A stretch of 27,035 bases of DNA from Candidatus Nanohaloarchaea archaeon (GTDB lineage Archaea; Nanohalarchaeota; Nanosalinia; Nanosalinales; Nanosalinaceae). The stretch is taken from positions 1 to 27,035 of the forward strand of contig JBDGSJ010000025.1 in the NCBI GenBank assembly GCA_042217585.1, given 5' to 3'. The position numbers and the translations under genes are program-made. Within the stretch, counting starts at the first letter, position 1. The number at the start of each line of letters is the position of its first letter. Below are positions 9,696-17,716 of the stretch, one piece after another. A model generated the notes under the pieces. That model worked only from the letters and a program-made list of their open reading frames with translations, searched no databases and was not told the origin of the DNA.

Positions 9696-9741
9696 GTTAA
9701 TTATAATCCGGCCCATCACCTTAAAGCCATTTGCCGGCGAT

Positions 9742-10821
9742 TCAATATTTCTTCAGAGACTCTTTCACAGAATTACAGACAGTTTCGACGTCTTGTTCCT
9801 CCATTTCCGGATAGAAAGGTAGTACCAGACCCCTTTCAGATATCGATTCCGAGACAGGGAAATCTCCGGAAATCTCGATCACATCCTTGAGATGCAAAGG
9901 CCCATAGAACTTCATGTAACCTATACCCCGGCTTTCGAGCCGTTCCGCTATATCAGCTGCTCTTCCTGATCTTACATAGTAACTCCAGGGCACCTCCTGG
10001 CCAATATTGAAACCGGGAAGCTCTACTTCCTCTCTCCCCATCTTCCTTTGGTAGGAATCTGCCAGCTCCTGTCTTTCCTTCATAATACTCTTTTTATTAT
10101 CGAACTGGGCGAGGCCGAGTGACGCCCTTATATTGTCCATACGGAAGTTGTAGCCGGACCTGACGTAACGGTCTCCTCCGGGTGTGTTCCTCCCGTAGTC
10201 GGCAATCCCTTTCATCTTTTCGGCAGTTTCGTCGCTGTCTGTGAGGACCATTCCGCCCTTGCCGGTGGTTATGGTCTTGTTCCAGGAGAAGCTGTAGTAG
10301 CCTGCGTCCCCGAAGGACCCGGTCTTCTTTCCGGCGTATTCGGAGCCGAATGCCTGTGCGGCGTCCTCTATGAGTTTCAGTCCGTGGTCCTCTGCAACGT
10401 CTTTTATTTCCTCTACTTTCGCCGGTTTTCCGAACATGTGGGCGGCCAGGACCGCCTCCGCGTCCTGCGTCACAGCTTCGCCTATCTCGGCAGGGTCTAT
10501 TCCAAGAGTTTCCCTCTCTATATCTACTGGCACGGGCTCGGCTCCGACAGCCTTTATTGCTGTGGCGATAGAGCCGAATGTGAAGTCCGGAACCAGGACC
10601 TGGTCTCCACGCCCTATCTCAAGTGCTTCGAGGATGAGCTGGAGGGCCGCGGTTCCGGAGTCGACTGCTATCGCATTTTCTACCCCTGTAAAATCAGCGA
10701 TTTTTCTTTCGAACTCCTCAACAGCGTCCCCCCGCGTGGAAATCCATCCATCTCTCAGGACCTGTTTTACTCTCTCTTCTTCGTTCTCATCGATGAACGG
10801 TTTGTGAAGAGGGATTTCCAT
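9742..10821 (-). CDS. DegT/DnrJ/EryC1/StrS-family PLP-dependent sugar aminotransferase
   Basis: DSGTAAL, IEDAAQA, SFSWNKTITTGKGG (PLP lysine) and GYNFRM motifs. Confidence 0.95.
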   Translation of the reverse strand: MEIPLHKPFIDENEEERVKQVLRDGWISTRGDAVEEFERKIADFTGVENAIAVDSGTAALQLILEALEIGRGDQVLVPDFTFGSIATAIKAVGAEPVPVDIERETLGIDPAEIGEAVTQDAEAVLAAHMFGKPAKVEEIKDVAEDHGLKLIEDAAQAFGSEYAGKKTGSFGDAGYYSFSWNKTITTGKGGMVLTDSDETAEKMKGIADYGRNTPGGDRYVRSGYNFRMDNIRASLGLAQFDNKKSIMKERQELADSYQRKMGREEVELPGFNIGQEVPWSYYVRSGRAADIAERLESRGIGYMKFYGPLHLKDVIEISGDFPVSESISERGLVLPFYPEMEEQDVETVCNSVKESLKKY

Positions 10822-10863
10822 AGACTAGTTCTTTCAGAAAAGGATAAGTTTGATAGGGACGAA

Positions 10864-11682
10864 TCAGCTCCTCACTATTTCTGTCCTCTCGTTCACTTCG
10901 CTGTAGTCGCCGGACCAGGGATCTTCTAGCTCAGAGTAGACAGCATCCATCTGGGATGCCGGGACCTCTGCGACGATCGAACCTCCTTGACCGGTTATCT
11001 CGACGGTGTATCTCCCGGGCTCTTCAGGGACCTCCTCCTGCTGGTCCTCTACATCGATGAACTGTCCTCTGGCGACCGGCCGGGATGTGCCTTCTCCCTC
11101 GAGGACCTCGTACTGGAGGGATAGAGCGGTTCCCAGCACACGTTCGAGGCCCTGTACCAGGTCCTTCCGGTCCTCTGCCACGAGGTAGTCCGCGTCTCCT
11201 GCGGTATCAGTGAAGGCGACTCCTCCGTTGCACTCTGCCATGTCCTCGCCCGTGAAGCTGTCGTAGTCTTTCTCCCGGTCCGCTCCCTCGAGTTCGACGT
11301 GTTCCTGGTTTATCTCTCTGCAGTCATCGACAAAGACTATGTCCGAGCCTACGGCGGTCCTCACGTCGTATTCTCCGTCTTCCGTGGAGATCCTAGTTTC
11401 GAAGGAGTTCTCCCGTATATACGGGTGGTCGTCCTGGAAGTCTCTCTGTTCTCTCAGGAAGTAGTCGATGGTCTCCTCCGGAGAAAGTCCCTCTATGTCC
11501 TCCTGTACCTGATCTTTTACGTGGGCGGCGTATGCGCGGTCCAGTGTGGCGCATCCGGCTGTACCTTCTGTCAGGGCCGCTGCGCCCGCAGCTCCGGCCA
11601 GCCTCAGTGTAAGCCTTTTGTCCTCATCGACCTCTTCTTCCTGGTCGCGGGAAAGGATGTTCCGTACTGTATCGAGATCCAT
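10864..11682 (-). CDS. Hypothetical acidic protein, probable lipoprotein
   Basis: KR followed by an Ala/Gly-rich h-region ending in the lipobox-like TAGC; the rest is strongly acidic. Confidence 0.7.
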   Translation of the reverse strand: MDLDTVRNILSRDQEEEVDEDKRLTLRLAGAAGAAALTEGTAGCATLDRAYAAHVKDQVQEDIEGLSPEETIDYFLREQRDFQDDHPYIRENSFETRISTEDGEYDVRTAVGSDIVFVDDCREINQEHVELEGADREKDYDSFTGEDMAECNGGVAFTDTAGDADYLVAEDRKDLVQGLERVLGTALSLQYEVLEGEGTSRPVARGQFIDVEDQQEEVPEEPGRYTVEITGQGGSIVAEVPASQMDAVYSELEDPWSGDYSEVNERTEIVRS

Positions 11683-11793
11683 GTTTTACTGTAGAGTAAC
11701 AAAAATTTTAAACATCTCCGGAATTTCCGGATGGAGCAAGCTTCTGCCCCCCAGTGACAACATTTTTATGGCTCCAGACACATGTTTTAAAGG

Positions 11794-12402
11794 ATGGATC
11801 CGGACGGAGAAGACGGTTTCGAGGGCTTCAACCGCATCATAAAGGACCAGGAGATAATACTTTTCGACGAGGAGAGCTTCATCCATCTTGAGAGGAAGTA
11901 TGGTAAGTTCGACATACACGATGAGATAAGGGAAGCCCTGAAGCCGCCTCACCTGCGCGAGAATGTGGACCTGGACACCAGGCTCCAGAACTCGTGGGAC
12001 GCGGCGAAGGAGGAGGCCAGGGGTATGGAGGAGATGCTTGAAAGCCAGGGGATCTCCAACATGTACGAGGTCGCCATACTCGGTCCGAAGTACGTCGTAC
12101 AGAAGATGCCCGTCAACAGGAAGACCAGCGGGGAGGACCTGAAGGCCCTGCCGGCGAAAACGGAGAGCAACGAGATGGCTGACGGTTCTTACGATGCCTC
12201 AGAGAACCTCTCCCATGAGGTCCACAGGCAGGAGGAGCCGGACCATTCCCGGTCCGTGGAGATCGAGCAGGACCTCGAGCACGTCAGCGAGGTTGACCTC
12301 ACAGAGAGCGACCTTGAGGGCTCAGGACGGAGAACAGTCGAGGACGGGGATGAGTGGTACGAGGTCGGTCCTGAAGGTTACACGGTCGGACGGGAGAACT
12401 GA
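11794..12402 (+). CDS. Hypothetical acidic protein
   Basis: ORF with host-like codon usage and TTTTTAT about 25 nt upstream. No recognisable family. Confidence 0.7.
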   Translation: MDPDGEDGFEGFNRIIKDQEIILFDEESFIHLERKYGKFDIHDEIREALKPPHLRENVDLDTRLQNSWDAAKEEARGMEEMLESQGISNMYEVAILGPKYVVQKMPVNRKTSGEDLKALPAKTESNEMADGSYDASENLSHEVHRQEEPDHSRSVEIEQDLEHVSEVDLTESDLEGSGRRTVEDGDEWYEVGPEGYTVGREN

Positions 12403-12441
12403 TTTAAGGCTCGTGGTATTACCAGGTATTATCTGGTATCC

Positions 12442-13410
12442 ATGAAAGCTATAGTTCTCGCCGGAGGACACGCCACCCGTCTGTGGCCTATAACGAAAAA
12501 CCGTGCGAAGCCTCTTCTCCCTCTGGGAGAAAGACCGATAATCGACTACATATTGGAGGACCTCGATGAGGTCGATGACGTTATCATCTCGACGAACGAG
12601 AAGTTCGCCGGGGATTTCGAGGATTACATCGATGAGCACGACAGGGATGCCCGTGTCGTGGTCGAGGAGCAGGACAGCGAGGAGGAGAAGCCGGGGACCA
12701 TCGGCGCGATCCTGAAGCTGCTTGACAAGGAGGACATAGACGACGATCTTCTGGTCATCGGGGGCGACAACTACTACAGCTTCGACGTGTCGGAGTTCCT
12801 TGATTTCGCTGAGGAAAAGGAAGGTCCGGCGAACGTGGTCTACGACGTACAGGACCGGGAACTCGCCTCTTCATTCGGCATAGTCGACGTGGAGGATGAC
12901 GAGAAAAGGATCCAGGCGTTCGAGGAGAAGCCGGAGGAGCCTCCGTCTACGCTTGCGTCGATCGCGTGTTACTTCTTCCCAGCGGAGGACCTCTCGCTGT
13001 TCACCGAGTACGAGGACCACTTCAGGGAGGAGACGGACGTGCCCGCGGAGCAGTTCCTTGATGAACCCGGTCGGTTGATCGAGTGGGCGCATGAGCAGAC
13101 CGATATGTACGCCTACTCGTTCGACGGTGACTGGTTCGACATCGGGACGCCGAGAGGCTACCTCGACGCTATGGACACCGTGGTGGACGAGAACATCGTT
13201 GAGGGCGTCACCGAGGGCTGTGATATAGGCGAGAACGTTTACATCATGGACGGCGCGGAGCTGAAGAACACGACCATCAGCAACAGCATCGTCTTCCCGA
13301 ACGCGGTGGTCGAGGACTCCGAGGTGAGGAACTCCCTGATCGATGAGAACTGTGAGATAAGCAGTGCGGACCTCAACGACGCGATAATCGGCGCCCACAC
13401 CACGATGTAG
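12442..13410 (+). CDS. NDP-sugar pyrophosphorylase / sugar-phosphate nucleotidyltransferase with C-terminal beta-helix repeats
   Basis: VLAGGHATRLWPITKNRAKPLLP, GGDN, FEEKP and WFDIGT motifs; hexapeptide-like tail. Confidence 0.95.
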   Translation: MKAIVLAGGHATRLWPITKNRAKPLLPLGERPIIDYILEDLDEVDDVIISTNEKFAGDFEDYIDEHDRDARVVVEEQDSEEEKPGTIGAILKLLDKEDIDDDLLVIGGDNYYSFDVSEFLDFAEEKEGPANVVYDVQDRELASSFGIVDVEDDEKRIQAFEEKPEEPPSTLASIACYFFPAEDLSLFTEYEDHFREETDVPAEQFLDEPGRLIEWAHEQTDMYAYSFDGDWFDIGTPRGYLDAMDTVVDENIVEGVTEGCDIGENVYIMDGAELKNTTISNSIVFPNAVVEDSEVRNSLIDENCEISSADLNDAIIGAHTTM

Positions 13411-13428
13411 GCGTCCCGCATCTCTTCC

Positions 13429-14109
13429 CTATTTCTCTTCCGCGTACTCCTCTATCCTTGACTGGCGGGTCCGGCTGAACTCCCTGCCGAGTTCTATGGA
13501 GTCATCGGTCCTGAACTCCTCACGGACCTTTTCCACCCTGTCCCTGAGCTGTTCGTCGTACTCGAACTTCCTGTTCATGATGCCCTCGACCAGGAAGTGC
13601 TTCAGGGCGTCGTCGAACATCACCGGCTGGTAGTTCACCCCGTTCCCTATCACGGTCCTGCGCTCCTGGTACGGGAGGAACTTCTGGACCATCTGCTCCG
13701 AGAACCTGTACTCCTCCAGCAGGTCGTCCACGAGCCGGTCCTTGTAGTCGAGGTCGGAGAGAACTACCCGGAGCGCCTTCGCAGTGTTGACGTCTTCATC
13801 GTCCTCCATCAGTTCGTCGCCGTAGATCACTTTGGTGTACAGGTCAGGGCCTATCTTTCCCCCTTCCTTCAACGTGAAACCGTTGAACCCCGCCCTGAGC
13901 TTCAGGTCCGCTTCAGGCTCGTACTCCTCCAATTCGATCCTGTTCTCCAGCCCGGAGACATCCTCCGCTCTCTCCATCGCCGAGTAAAGCTCCTGTTTCA
14001 GCTCCGGGTCTGGTTCCTGCTGTTCGTCATCCTCGAGTTCATCGGCATCGTCCTCGAGGTCGTCTCCACCCCCGAGCATCCTCCTGAAGCGGTCAAGTCC
14101 CAGGTTCAC
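13429..14109 (-). CDS. Hypothetical acidic protein
   Basis: Long ORF with host-like composition and GTG start; fills the intergenic space. Confidence 0.7.
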   Translation of the reverse strand: MNLGLDRFRRMLGGGDDLEDDADELEDDEQQEPDPELKQELYSAMERAEDVSGLENRIELEEYEPEADLKLRAGFNGFTLKEGGKIGPDLYTKVIYGDELMEDDEDVNTAKALRVVLSDLDYKDRLVDDLLEEYRFSEQMVQKFLPYQERRTVIGNGVNYQPVMFDDALKHFLVEGIMNRKFEYDEQLRDRVEKVREEFRTDDSIELGREFSRTRQSRIEEYAEEK

Positions 14110-14147
14110 GCAGAATTCTTTGCGCTGAAATCTTTTACCTTTTTCCT

Positions 14148-14903
14148 TCAGCTCGCGGCCTTTATGTCCCGGTAAATGTCGTCTTCGGCCGGAAGCTCTT
14201 CCAGCACGTACTCATCCGCCAGTTCGTTTCCGTATCCTGTTCCGGGACCTTCCTCAACTAAGGCAAGGTACTCCGTCCCTTGATAGCTTCCTGCCTCAAC
14301 GTAAAGGTCCTCGGTGCTCCAGGAACTATATATCGCTCTTCCATGGTAGTCCTGCTGTCCGGTCGAGAGCTCCTGTTCAAGATCTATTCCCTGGCCTTCG
14401 AGCATCTTTTCGACCTCGGAGGTCTCGTCGGGATAGACATAGAGGGAGACAAGTTCACCGTTGGGGTCCAGCTGCTTGGTCAGGGCCTGTGTAAAACCCT
14501 CGTTTTCTCTTCTGGATGCGTAGGGAGAGCGGACCGAGAACCGTGAGGCCTCCTCCACGAATTCCTCAGAAACGCCTTTTTTCTCCCTGAGCTGTGGTAT
14601 CAGCCTGTTTTTCCCGTCCAGTCCATGGACCCCTTCGTGGATCATGGCGTCGAGCTGGTGAGGGTCCGGGAGACGTGAGAAATCCTGGTGGAGCTTCAGC
14701 ACTGTCCTGACCGCCTCCGAGTAATCGTCGGTCCGGAACTCCACGGCGGCGGGGTTCTCCCGGTCCAGCGAGTAGTCCCTGCGGACGTCGTCAAATGCCT
14801 CGTCGAGATCCAGACCGGTCACTTCCTCTGCTTCCTGTTTCTTCTCGAGCGCGGAGGAGTCCCAGTCCGAGCCGGATGAGGTCCTCCCCGGTATAGAGCT
14901 CAT
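14148..14903 (-). CDS. Hypothetical protein with HExxH zinc-metallopeptidase-like motif
   Basis: MIHEGVHG followed by ENEGFTQAL (gluzincin-like third ligand). Its start overlaps the htpX stop (ATGA). Confidence 0.7.
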   Translation of the reverse strand: MSSIPGRTSSGSDWDSSALEKKQEAEEVTGLDLDEAFDDVRRDYSLDRENPAAVEFRTDDYSEAVRTVLKLHQDFSRLPDPHQLDAMIHEGVHGLDGKNRLIPQLREKKGVSEEFVEEASRFSVRSPYASRRENEGFTQALTKQLDPNGELVSLYVYPDETSEVEKMLEGQGIDLEQELSTGQQDYHGRAIYSSWSTEDLYVEAGSYQGTEYLALVEEGPGTGYGNELADEYVLEELPAEDDIYRDIKAAS

Positions 14904-15760
14904 ACTTCGGTCTTCTCAATATTGTCGAGCCGGTCCTCCAGCGAGGGGTGGGTGGAAAACACGTTGGTTATCTTGCGGCCGGAGAACGGGTTCTCTATGA
15001 AAAGGTTTGAGCCAGCCTCCTGGACTCTCGAGGCGCGGTATCGCGAACCCTGGTTCGCGGAGTTGATCTTCTTCAGGGCAGATGAGAGGGATTCGCGGTC
15101 GCCCTTTATCTTTACACCGGTGGAATCAGCCCTGTACTCCATTCCGCGTGATATCGCCAGGCGGACGATCGTGGCTATGAAAGGCACGACTATCATGAAA
15201 GCGAGCGATCCGATCATGTCCGCGCCTTCCTCATCGGTCCCGAACATCGCGCCCCAGAACGCCATCTCCGCAAGGACCGAGAGGGCGCCCGCCAGGGTCG
15301 TTACGACAGCGTTGATCAGGCTGTCACGGTTCTTGATGTGGGCGAGCTCGTGGGCGATCACTCCCTCTACCTCCTCCTGGTCCAGCGAGTTCATCAGGCC
15401 CTCTGTGACACATACAACCCCGTGTTCAGGGTTTCTTCCCGTGGCGAACGCGTTCGGGACCTGCATGTCGTTGATGTAGACATCTGGCTTCGGTATCCCT
15501 GCCTTCTCCGCCATCTGCTCTATGGAGGAGTGCAGGTCCGGCGCCTCGGTTTTTTCAAGCGGTCGGGCCCCGTACATCTTCAGAACTATCCTGTCGGAGA
15601 ACCAGTAGGATGCGAAGTTCAGCAGTCCGGCGAATACCAGTCCTATCACCAGTCCCCCGGTTCCGCCGAAGAAGTATCCCGCCCCCAGGAAAACACCTGT
15701 CAGGACCGACAGGAGTGCGAAGATCCTTATGTTGGCCTTGAGGCCCTGTGAAGTTACCAT
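14900..15760 (-). CDS. htpX: Zinc metalloprotease HtpX (M48)
   Basis: PNAFATGRNP, HELAH, SRGMEYRAD and FSTHPSLEDRL motifs; N-terminal TM helices. Confidence 0.95.
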   Translation of the reverse strand: MVTSQGLKANIRIFALLSVLTGVFLGAGYFFGGTGGLVIGLVFAGLLNFASYWFSDRIVLKMYGARPLEKTEAPDLHSSIEQMAEKAGIPKPDVYINDMQVPNAFATGRNPEHGVVCVTEGLMNSLDQEEVEGVIAHELAHIKNRDSLINAVVTTLAGALSVLAEMAFWGAMFGTDEEGADMIGSLAFMIVVPFIATIVRLAISRGMEYRADSTGVKIKGDRESLSSALKKINSANQGSRYRASRVQEAGSNLFIENPFSGRKITNVFSTHPSLEDRLDNIEKTEV

Positions 15761-15785
15761 GTTCCCGGTTTCGGGATCAATCTCT

Positions 15786-16370
15786 TTAACTGTTTGGAAC
15801 CATCTTCTCCGCGTATCTCGCCATCACGTCGGTCTCGATGTTGACGCCGTCTCCCGGCTGTTTCGCCGAAAGATTCGTCTTCTCCCAGGTCTCCGGGATG
15901 ACAGTTACCCTGAAACCTTTCCGGGTGAACTCGGTGACAGTGAGGCTGACCCCATCGACAGTGATGAAACCCTTCTCCACAACGTACTTTTCGAGTTCTG
16001 TGGGCAGCGAGAACTCCATGTTCCACCCCTCATCAAGTTCCTCTACTTCAAGGACCTCGCCGGTTCCCTCGACATGGCCCTGGACGACGTGTCCTCCCAT
16101 CCTGTCCTCGGGCTTCAGGGACCGCTCGATGTTCAGTTCATCGCCCTCCTCCAGTTCCGGAAACCAGGTCCTTTCCAGGGTCTCCTCCGAGAGGAAGAAA
16201 ACTGAGGGATCTTTTTCCTCCAGGGTGAGGCATGCACCGGAGACCGATACGCTTCCCCCGGTCGCCACGTCCTCGAGGATTCCCGCGGCATCAACCTCTA
16301 TCCTTTTTCCCTCGCCAGCTTCAGCGATCTCCATGACCTCTGCGGTTTCCTCGACCAGCCCTGTGAACAT
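15786..16370 (-). CDS. ribE: Riboflavin synthase (bacterial/eukaryotic alpha-chain type)
   Basis: MFTGLVE N-terminus, GACLT, GGHVVQGHVEG, DGVSLT, IPET and VNIETD: two lumazine-binding repeats. Confidence 0.95.
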   Translation of the reverse strand: MFTGLVEETAEVMEIAEAGEGKRIEVDAAGILEDVATGGSVSVSGACLTLEEKDPSVFFLSEETLERTWFPELEEGDELNIERSLKPEDRMGGHVVQGHVEGTGEVLEVEELDEGWNMEFSLPTELEKYVVEKGFITVDGVSLTVTEFTRKGFRVTVIPETWEKTNLSAKQPGDGVNIETDVMARYAEKMVPNS

Positions 16371-16373
16371 GTT

Positions 16374-16796
16374 TCAGTTTTCGTCGATGTACTCTCTTAT
16401 ATCCCGGTTCCAGCGCCAGTTCCTATCAGGCGCTTCCTCAAGAGGTATCCAGACAGGCTCGCCCTCCCATGATCCCTCGGGCTCTCCCCCTGTTATCTCC
16501 GCGCTGTGGACCATCTCGACTCCGGGGTGGTCCTCCACGTTCTCCCTTATCCTTTCGAGTATCCTGACGTCGTATCCGGTTTCCTCGCGGACCTCTCTTT
16601 TCGCCGCCTCCTCGAAGCCCTCGTCCCTGTTCACCATCCCTCCGGGGAGCATCAGGTAGCCTCCGGTGTCGACCGCGAGTACCTCGCCCTCCCGGACCAC
16701 AACTGCGGCTGACCCGATCGGGAGACCTACAAGCCGTGACATGACTTCCCAGAAAAGTTTCTCTCCCTTCCATAGCACCAGGGATTTCAGGTTCAC
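16374..16796 (-). CDS. NUDIX hydrolase
   Basis: Nudix box GGMVNRDEGFEEAAKREVREETG. Confidence 0.9.
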   Translation of the reverse strand: MNLKSLVLWKGEKLFWEVMSRLVGLPIGSAAVVVREGEVLAVDTGGYLMLPGGMVNRDEGFEEAAKREVREETGYDVRILERIRENVEDHPGVEMVHSAEITGGEPEGSWEGEPVWIPLEEAPDRNWRWNRDIREYIDEN

Positions 16797-16926
16797 GGTT
16801 CCGGTTTTAGGGCGGAAAGTTATCAGTTCAACGGTCGGAGCCGTTATAAGTCAAGACGCTCTTTTTTATCTCTATGAGCGGACTGGAAATCATGACGCTG
16901 GAGGCCTTCTGGACCGCTGGAAATAT

Positions 16927-17172
16927 GTAAACTACCCGCTACCAATCAGAGATTGGAAGGGGGCTTTCGAGTGTTACTCGCCCTCGAACGTCCTTGCGAC
17001 ATCGGGGTCAATGCTTCCTCGAATCACAGGGCCGGTTTACAACGGTTCCGAGCCTCGAACCGCCAGAACCTCAGTGGTTCTGGAGCGACCCGCTCAACCC
17101 TAAGGTCTCCACCGGGACAAGGCTTGCTAGTCCCAGACAGCAGTATTTCCTGCCGTTCATGGGAGTATGAGA
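16927..17172 (-). ncRNA. TnpB omega-RNA (reRNA)-like structured RNA
   Basis: A run of stem-loops (ACGGCAG/CTGCTGT, CTGGGAC/GTCCCGG, AGGGTTG/CGGCCCT, GAGCG/CGCTC, CCAGAACC/GGTTCTGG, CGGTTC/GAACCG, CGAGT/ACTCG), CCGGTGGAGA and GAGGAAGCA motifs, and the right-end hairpin as terminus. The 5' end is estimated from the TATA box. Confidence 0.65.
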
Positions 17173-17196
17173 CAGGAAACAATTATACTCGAAACC

Positions 17197-17204
17197 TTAT
17201 AAAA
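17197..17204 (-). promoter_or_regulatory. TATA box inside the mini-element, oriented to drive the structured RNA
   Basis: Minus-strand TTTTATAA directly after the left-end hairpin. Confidence 0.6.
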
Positions 17205-17572
17205 GGCAATTCACTCCCGCTACCTAACTCGGCTTCGCCTCATGAGGAAGGGGACTCCTTGCCATGAAAGTTGAACTCCCCGATGAAACGCCGCTAGACG
17301 TGGATAGCAGTGCAAAAGCACTGAAAAGCAAAAGCTTGCGGTTCCCTGACCCGGATCTCTGAATCGGGCGATCTCTTTCTACCGTTTTCACCACCGCAGA
17401 AAAGCTACAAACCTCTAACATTTTTAAATGGTTTGAAGAGCTGAAACCTCTCTAAAGGTTTTAAACGTATCGGAGAAAGGATACTGGGCGGTGAAAGACT
17501 ATAGGTTCCGGGTTCGGCTGGAAAAAGCACCGATCAGGTAAGTTGTCAGTCATCTAGAAAGGGGAAAAACAG

Positions 17573-17686
17573 TCTGGCGGCGTATCCACGCTTCCGCCTC
17601 GCGGCAGTACTGGTGGAATCGCTGGAGGACTTAACTTCCGTGTTCGGAATGGGTACGGGTGTTGCCCCTCCGCTTTGGCCGCCAGT
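17573..17686 (-). rRNA. rrf: 5S rRNA (unlinked)
   Basis: CTGGCGGC/GCCGCCAG helix I, conserved ACACCCGTACCCATTCCGAACACGGAAGTTAAG, and AGTAC loop E motif. Confidence 0.97.
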
Positions 17687-17709
17687 ACCTAACTTAGAGG
17701 GGTGAAACC

Positions 17710-17716
17710 TTATAAA
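17710..17716 (-). promoter_or_regulatory. TATA box for 5S rRNA, overlapping the upstream stop codon
   Basis: Minus-strand TTTATAA about 25 nt upstream of the 5S 5' end. Confidence 0.6.

Larger units (their letters stand above)
16927..17263 (-). mobile_element. Non-autonomous IS200/IS605-family mini-element (no tnpA/tnpB)
   Basis: Two subterminal imperfect hairpins in the same orientation share CCCGCTACC...GGAAGGGG (16935-16963 and 17216-17253). On the minus strand the element begins TTCAT|GGCAAGGAGTCCCC and ends AAGCCCCC...GGGTAGTTTAC, resembling IS605 left and right ends. No terminal inverted repeats. Confidence 0.8.

Noticed and set aside
7703..9719. Lasso peptide cluster (Cys-less AsnB homologue plus small ORF)
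   Set aside because: There is no B1/PqqD-like or B2 protease gene, the 71-aa ORF lacks a lasso leader pattern, and the context is glycan biosynthesis.
16927..17172. RNase P RNA or SRP RNA
   Set aside because: The RNase P P4 signatures (GAGGAAAGUCC...AACAGAA) and the SRP helix 8 motif are absent. IS605-type ends explain the region better.
16666..17421. ORF-track entries 16666-17103, 16953-17267 and 17224-17421
   Set aside because: They have atypical composition, cross the element borders and show no TnpA or TnpB motifs.
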